64,000 nucleotides of DNA from Bugula neritina (lineage: Eukaryota; Animalia; Bryozoa), in contig OZ037765.1 of the NCBI GenBank assembly GCA_964035545.1, positions 16,430,995-16,494,994 of the forward strand. The letters run 5' to 3'. Each line of letters begins with the position of its first letter. The stretch's first letter is position 1. The translations under genes were made by a program, and so were the position numbers. Shown here piece after piece: positions 56,201-64,000 of the stretch. The notes under the pieces were generated by a model. That model was not told the origin of the DNA and did no database searches. It worked only from the letters and a program-made list of their open reading frames with translations.

Positions 56201-59200
56201 AAACTTACAGCTTATCTTGGATGAAACCTACTCAATTAGGTTATGATAATATTTCTCTAGCTGTATCTTGTTTAAGCCACCATTTTGCTATCATCTAATT
56301 ATATCAACAGTTCAGGGTTGTGGTTTCGACATAATCTTTTTGTAGCACTGTTGGTATTCTAGCAATTTTAGCTCTAAAAAATTGGCAACTGGATTGTTTA
56401 TGCTAAAACTGATGGAGAATAGCTGAGTGATTGAATGAAGTCTATGTATAATGAACTAGAGGTTATTAATCAAGCCAAGTGACTAGTTGTGTGATGATAT
56501 AACTGATGAGTTAACAATAGATCCACTACAGGATGTACTCTGCAGATTGTAAACTCAGTTCCCAACTAAATAGGATTGTGTCAAACTGACTTGTCAGCTT
56601 TTTGTTACTCTACATTCCCGAACATCTTAATGTATTCCAAGTGAATTTTTTCTCTGTAAGAGTGTAGTAACCAGAATTCATAAGTCAAAGCTAAAACTCA
56701 GTTCAGCTTACTTTGAGTCTTGTATATTTATGGAAATGAGAGTTAGCCTTTCTAGTTTTAATTGCAAAAACTGCAAGACTGGTTATTTTTAAAAATGAAT
56801 TCAATCTTTATGCTGTAGTAAACACTTTATTACTTGTCAGTAATGATTATGTTGAAGGCTGTACTCTGTTATAGAAAATAATTATGACTAAGTTTGATAA
56901 CCATTGCAATGAAATGTGAAAAATAATAAAAATATTTATACTGGATTTTTATACAAGTGGTGTTTATCAAAATTGCTGACATATAAATGATATGTCTTAA
57001 TTATAAAAACATAATGGGAATGAATAATAAATATTTATAATATTAATAATGGAAGTTGTTACATTGACCAAAATAAAATATGTAATGATAATAAAAATTA
57101 TGAAAACATTTGTAATAACAATGTTAATTAAATTTTTGCACAAAATAATAAATTAAAATAATACTGTTACATATATCAAAAATATTTATTAAAAGAATAA
57201 AAAATTATTTCACATGCAACTTACTTCCATGCTAAGCTAAATACTTTTAAATTTTGGTTTTCATAGTCATGCCACACTGATAAATATTGAATATTCATAA
57301 TATTATTATATACTTATAGCATTGTAATATATTCATAGCTGTCAAAATGCTATTTACTGTAATGATATTATTACGGCTTGCGGTTGTACAGTAACCATGG
57401 CTATCCATTCCAACTTTATTATCTGTCACCCTATGATTGATGTTTGAAGCTCCAAATCTAAAGGGCAGGCCAAGGAAAAAAACTAGGGGCAAGCAAGTAG
57501 ATTCCAAACTGAAGAGTTGCATAGAGAGCAGCCCGGAACAAGGAGTGGCTTGCTTGGTATCAGCAAATAAGAATGGTAACTCTTCTTCAGCTGAAAGTGA
57601 AAAGGTATGTGGTAGGAGAATGTAGATTGGCAACATGCCAAGCATGTTCCTTTCATATGAACAATGAAGCCTCAATTCTACAAATGGTATTGCATTATAA
57701 TCACTAAATTAAATCTTAAGTTTTCTTTATATGAACTTTTCAACAGATCATAAGCAACAAGATATTGTATTATGTTCAATTAACTTAGTTGCTTTATGTT
57801 ATTGAATACATGCATAGTACTGGGTCTGTATGCATTAACTTGGCTACAGCATGCCATTAGACCAAGTTTAATCATCTTGAGAGCAAAATACATTATAATC
57901 CTTTAGTAGATAAATAGTTGATTTGACTTTTAGTTGAGTTTGCTTCATTTTCAAAAATTTCAATTTTAATCTAAAAAGTGAGTTGGATATAATTATTATT
58001 TTCAAAATTATCAAAAAGAATACGCATTTCAAGCTAAAAAGACTTCAACATTAAACGTTAGGTACATCGCTACTAAAAACCCATTTTTAACAGCAATTGT
58101 CTTTAAAGTCCATCAGCAATGCAGCAGTGATGTTCTTAAATGTATGCTATGTTTCATGTTTCTAGACTATTGAAAAATAATTTTGTACTGATAGTAACAT
58201 TAAATCAAAATAAATCAAGCTACTTAATTTTTCTTCCCCTCTCCCCCCAAATCAAATGATGCAAAAAACAATTAATATTCTAAGCTTTCATACTGGTACC
58301 TTTTAAAATCAAGCTGAGAAATTGTTTAGAAAGTATCATAGTGACTCAGTGTAATGGTATAAAAAATCAATCTCAATGTTATTTGAAGTGCTCATTAGGG
58401 TAGCAGCTACAGTGAGCTTGTTTTTGGCTATTTGTTAATACTACTCGAGCAGTCATGAATCGACATAATATTTATCTAACATAAGTTTTCCCAGTGCATT
58501 TTTGGCTTTGGATGTTTAGGTACAAGTAGTCACGAATATAAAATGTTACTAATGCGAGTTGCACGGTTCATTACCCCTGACCACCATCCAATCTACTTAG
58601 TAGTAAAACTCTGAAATATTATAACTTGGAATAACTATAAGTACGCGCTGTTGATATGTGAATGCCAATAATTATGCTATAGTATTACACTAACTAAATC
58701 ACAGCCCGCGTTGTAAGCCTGAAGAGTTGCATGTGGATTGCGCTGCCCGTTGAATGTATAAATATAGGAACAACTATCACATAAATAGTCAGCTGCATAT
58801 GTTAGTATGGTTTCAAAAGTATCTAATATGTTTGTGATCTTAGCTTTAAATTTATGGTTTGGAACAAAAATTTTAATTTCTACTTGTAACTTCCCTGTTC
58901 TCTTTAACTTTTCTAAATTTCCATGGTGTTGCATCTGCAAGTATCATCTGTAAGTGGGTCTGATTAGCGAGTGTTACAACTGAATTTCAACACAATTATT
59001 GTAGATTTATCTCAAAAGTGTCAAATAGGATTTTAATGGAAACCAAGAGCTGCTTATTTTTACAACTTCGTACCCCTATGGCCTATTCTATAAAGTAGCT
59101 TATTAGTGCCCATCATAGTCACAAATGCCTCATTTAAATAAACTTAGCTCAGTGGATTTTTGTCAATTCAATTCCGTCAAAGTCGAAGTGATTAGAAAGC

Positions 59201-62200
59201 TACCAATCAATCTAACTCTAAAGTATTGGCCAAATTATTAGTGTAAGCATGTTATTTATTTTTATAAGTTTTGTTGTAAAAATTTTTAACTACCAATATA
59301 AAGCCTCTACTTTACCTTTTTTATCATTAAACTCCTTCCCGGAATATTTTCAATTTTTTAGCAATAAACAGCCATCAAATTAGAAATCAGTAAGTAATTT
59401 CCACATTGAAAATATTTATTTGTTTATGCTTGTTTTATGTTAGTAAACATATGTTGAGTAGGCCAAGGTTTTATTCTTAGTCAAAAGAGAAATCTAGTTA
59501 AAAGTTTATTCAGAGTTGAAATAGAAAATGGTGTGGGCCTAATATGTATAACTTTAGAGCTGGTGAATTTCATAAAAGACAAGCTCTAAAACTTAATTTA
59601 TGTTTTTATTATATTACGTTATTTTATTTGTTCTATCACGCAATGAAAAAGATAAATAAGTCTCAATTTTTACTAGAATTGAGTGAACCAACTGGTTTTA
59701 TAAAGATATATGTTTTTATATATATTATATTTAAATTTCAATTTCTCAGTTTTGTAACTAAGAAAGTTAAGTTTGTTGAGTCCAATAATGGTAGTACCAC
59801 CTTCATTACTGAAACAAAACTTCAAACATCTTCATTAAGCAGCAGATAGCCAGTGGGCAGAGTCTCAAAGTTACAGTTTCATGCATCTTGAAGATTGTAT
59901 AGAAAAACACTTGAGTTAATCTTACCTGGCAGCATGTTTAATTAATAATGCTTTGATGCAAACATAAGCAGTGAAATCCCTTTATGAGCTGTTTTTTAAT
60001 AAATCCATTATGAGAAATAGGTAATTATAGATTGTCACTAATAACCCATTCAGAAATGTAAATAAGAAAAAAAATAGGAAAGTATTTTACAGTACAGGAG
60101 TTAAATCAACTAATTTTATTTATCAAACTAATAAAGATTTGTCTAACCACAGGTAGTTTTCCATCTTATTATGTTCACTTAGTGTCAAACTCTGTGATCT
60201 TACAGTAATTACAATGTATTAGTTTGAGCTACACCCTGAATGCAGGTTGGCATTAAAGTTACATTCAGCAAAAAAATGCTACATTAACTTTGAATCATTA
60301 TCGTGACTGCACTGTTGTAAATTTATTGTTGGCTCCAACTATGATTTATCCGTAGTAATAATTAATTATCCAAATGGAAGCTCACCTTTGACAGTAAGAT
60401 TTTGAATGTTATTCATTACTTCATTAAATTTCAAGTTTGTTTTTACACTGTATAACATTCTTGAATGAATTATAGTTAAGATATGTTTTTGATTTTCTAA
60501 ACACCCTTGATCCAAGCTTTATAATTGTTATAAGAAAATTTAAAGTTCCGACAATAAATTAAGTTTCTGTTGCTATAAAGGTTGCATTTATTCACTTGTT
60601 TAGCAAAAAGAGGCAGAAAGGTATGAGAAGGTCATGAGAATGATTTTAACCAATAAAGAGCACTTCACTAAAACTTTGTATAAACATATGAAGGACGTAG
60701 GAACTCCGATATCTAAAGTCCCTTCTCTGGGATTTAAAAAAGGTGAATTGTGTTCTTCTCAAGTTGCTTATCAGGCAGACTAAATAATGGGCAAATCAAG
60801 TTTTCAGTAATGTTTATAAAAGTATTGAAAATTTATCTTGGGAGGTCTTCATTGAACATGAAATGTCTTTTACATGTAAAACCACTAATAACTAAATTAA
60901 CTAATAATGGTTTAATTTTTTTTATTGTTAATGTGTGACTTTGTGTGTTAACTTTGTCTCCTCCAATACACAGTTTTTACTAAAATGCTTTTGTACACAC
61001 TTTGCTAAAAACAATTAGGATAGTATATAAATTCATTATTTTCTTTCAAATGCAGGTTTTCTGCAATTAGTTCTATCAGGGACAACATTTATGGACTATA
61101 TTATACTGCATACATTGAGAGAGAGCTAGCTTGTCATTGTAATGAATGTCATATGTTTTAGTTGACCTGCATTCCCTCTTCAGACACGTGTACTGTGCAG
61201 GGGGCTACAAAGAGGTGAGTACTTATCAGGGGTGTTATAATTCAGTCTAGCCCAACTTTATCAATTTTTATAGTCCATGCCCATTTATTTTAAGCACTAA
61301 ATTACTAATCATATGAACTCTCTGTTAAGCTCAATGCTATTTTATATGTTACTTGCTATATTATATGCTATAATCTGCTATATTAGGTGCTATCTACGAT
61401 GTTGTATGCTGTACTTTAGTTATGCTATTTTATGCTATTCTAGTAGTTTTTTAAAAGTGGCTTTTCAGGAAACTGGTTTTTAAGATTTCTAGCTTTCTAG
61501 TTACTGTTTTGTACACCCATGCTACTTTCGAGCTAAAATACTCGAACAAGTATTATTGAAAATGCAAATTTTCCAAATCTCTCTTGTGTGCTTTTCAAAC
61601 CACAAAGCTGCTTTCCAACTACCTGCAAACATGATAATTTTGCATCAATAATTTTCTAAAGCTATCATTAGTTTTCTGCTGCTGGATACAGCAGGGATAG
61701 GTGTAATAGTTGAGGATAATATGTGCTCTATCATACTTTGGTGACTCCAAGCATGTGGCGTTTCTACCTGCTCAATAAAAGAAGCATGACTAGTAAAAAT
61801 GCCTAAAGTTATGCTGGTGTTCTACTTTGTTAGATGAGTAACAACAGCTTTATGTTGATGTGATGATAATTTGAACAGTGTTGCTAATGCCTATTTTTAA
61901 ATTTAGTAGCAACTGATAATGTTATATTATAATCAACTATTCTCTGAGAAATGACATTAAATTACAATATTTTATAATTATTGTGTTGTTGCTGAGTAAT
62001 TTTTAAATTAATGAAATTAAAAGACAATATTAGACATGAAATCTCTACTTTATATGATCTATATTCTACTATAGTGTAATCCAACATTGTGAGCACATTA
62101 ATTTTTTCTACAAAGGATTTTGTATAGCTTTGCAAAAATTCAATAGATGGTTCATCAGAATATATAAAACGTATTATGTTGATTAGTATCACTTGAAGGT

Positions 62201-64000
62201 TGAGTAGCTTACGCTTTACATCACTGTTTAGGTTTGTGCTTAGTTATGAGCTTGTAAGGGTGCAATCGAAGGAGTGTGAGTTAACTAATAATTACGATGG
62301 TAACTATAAAATTTTATTTAGTCAAAGGCAGTTTTTAAGCATTTTATTCTGTGTGCTAACAAAAAATATTTTTTATTTGGGTTAAAATATTTGTGTCAAT
62401 AAAATCTTTCATATTGACTCATCTATTATTTACAACTTATTTTACTTCACTCTGCAGATATGCAGAAAGAGACTATGGAAGACTATCTATGACAAGTTGG
62501 GTGGCAACCCTCATTACACAAGTGCCCCTTCTTGCACAAAAAAGCAATATGAAAGGTAAAAGATAAATTCCTAAAACTATTTTCAACCTGAAGTAGCCTA
62601 ATTTATGCTTTAAAGTTTTCCACATTGTTTGTATATTGAAAACCTCATGAGCACGTGATGTTTGTTTTGTGTTAGAAATTTATGCTTCAACAAATAGCAA
62701 AATCTATTTAAAGGCATTGGTTAGGTGTACTTTGGAATACTTTAGGTTGCTACTCAGCTTTGAGAGGAATATTGTATTACCTGGTACTGCTGGGAAAATA
62801 AAAGTACACCTACCATCTCAGAATTTTGCACGGCGTAAACCAAGATTAAAGACACGGCTAGACAAGATCAAACAAGAGTGGAGTTCACTGGTGAACCAAG
62901 AAAAGATTCAACAGCTGACTAGTTCTGACAAGCTTCCCATGGCTACTACCCACTTGAAATGGCAAATGCCCCCTAAATTATCACCTGCAAAAATTCTCCA
63001 GGTAACATAGAATCTTTCATTAAAGTAGATAATTAGTTATGATAGTGAATATATGGTATATCATGAGGATGATGAGATATTTCAATTTGTTAGTTCGCTA
63101 GTTTTACTAGCAGAATACTTCTAATATTTTGTAGCAGAAAGAATATCACAAAAAGTCAATCACCAATGATGATGAAGACCAGATTCCACTGTCAATATTG
63201 TCTGCACTCAAGAAGGAAGAGAATGAGAAGCTCATTGGCTTTAACAACTCTGTTAGTCTGTCTCCATCTAAAACCTCTTACGTTACAGCAACATCAACGT
63301 GGACTATACCTACATCATTTTCGTTGTCTGATATTAGCCACAGCCATGATGGTTGTGAAATGAAATCTTTGAGTGTGTCTGGAGAAGATATTTGTAGATC
63401 TGATCAAGAATCAAAAAGGATGTCTGATGAGAATAATAAACTTTCTCATAAAACTAAATTCAATTTGATTCCTGCTCATGCTGTTCAGAAAGCTTCAATG
63501 CCTTTGAATATCCTTGGACCTTGTCATCCTGATGAGCTTACACTGGCTCAGCGCTCACCATGGACTACGAAACTTTCTAACAGTTATGGTAATCCAAATA
63601 TTAATTGTCGTTCAACTACTATTAAAAATGATGTATCTGATGAGGCACTTGATTTATCATATGGAAAAAGAATAAAACATGATTATCCATCAGAACCAAA
63701 GCTTGAGTTAGCTGTGGATGAATGCGGTGCTATTGATATGACAATTAACAACAACAAACCCCTTGATTTAATTAAAAGTAAGCACAAAATAGAGACAGTT
63801 CCGGAGCAATGGAAACCCCAAAATGAACCAATTGATTTTTCCAAATCTAAAAGCTTGTCCAAACCATCCATGCTAAAGAACCAGCCGAAAGATAATGAAT
63901 TTGGAAATACTTCAGCTCAAACATTTGAATCCCCAACTGGTTCACTATACCATTCACCAACTAATCTTAGTAAATCAACTTTTAGGGTTAACAGCAGTCC
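50240..64000 (+). CDS. ARID5B: AT-rich interactive domain protein 5 (ARID5B-like: BAH-like N-terminus, ARID), 3'-truncated by the window
   Basis: Exons 50240-50260, 51167-51418, 54250-54439, 54631-54861, 57450-57604, 60604-60742, 61162-61214, 62458-62555, 62746-63001 and 63135-end splice in frame. Motifs: HGSYTFF..FFFVR..PICIGELQLVW..LYFLPE..GRQSHHGQDE, DHLAPNLKGRPRKK, LYKHMKDVGTPISKVPSLGFKKVDL..GGYKEICRKRLWKTIYDKLGGNP..SA..CTKKQYERLLLSFER. Confidence 0.92.

Noticed and set aside
59750-59849. Possible extra ARID5 exon (FVTKKVKFVES..)
   Set aside because: Phase is incompatible with the flanking phase-0 junction 57604/60604, which already joins in frame
59919-59932. CTTACCTGGCAG resembling the U1 snRNA 5' end
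   Set aside because: Match is only about 12 nt with no downstream U1 structure
63528-63560. Other CTGATGAG occurrences (also near 56503, 63424 and 63637)
   Set aside because: No stem II or GAAA follows, so these are not hammerheads

Overview
AT-rich, intron-rich eukaryotic (invertebrate animal-like) genomic DNA; the species cannot be named from the sequence alone. Five host genes were reconstructed by hand from splice sites: the 3' end of LRRC49 (+), REEP5/DP1 (-), two head-to-head RhoBTB/RacA-like paralogs with identical 11-exon structures (A on -, 21184-35782; B on +, 42120-49138), and the 5' part of an ARID5-family gene (+, running off the window). Mobile DNA includes an intact Ty3/gypsy element with identical LTRs nested in the (TA)n core of a foldback DNA element with an 8-bp TSD just upstream of REEP5, a decayed intron-containing Sola1-type transposon, nested MITEs, a decayed gypsy-like pol, a solo-LTR-like element with a multi-branched hairpin, and a canonical type I hammerhead ribozyme. 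The most notable structure is the RhoBTB pair. The two genes are old, diverged duplicates, one with a canonical Rac-like G domain and one with Rnd-like, probably hydrolysis-deficient motifs. They nevertheless share two in-register, near-identical patches (about 95-97% in the exonic parts) that extend into introns. This points to recent gene conversion and offers substrates for inversions that would swap N- and C-terminal halves. Paralog B also carries a 2-nt (TA) frameshift in its last exon that a nearby cryptic acceptor could bypass.
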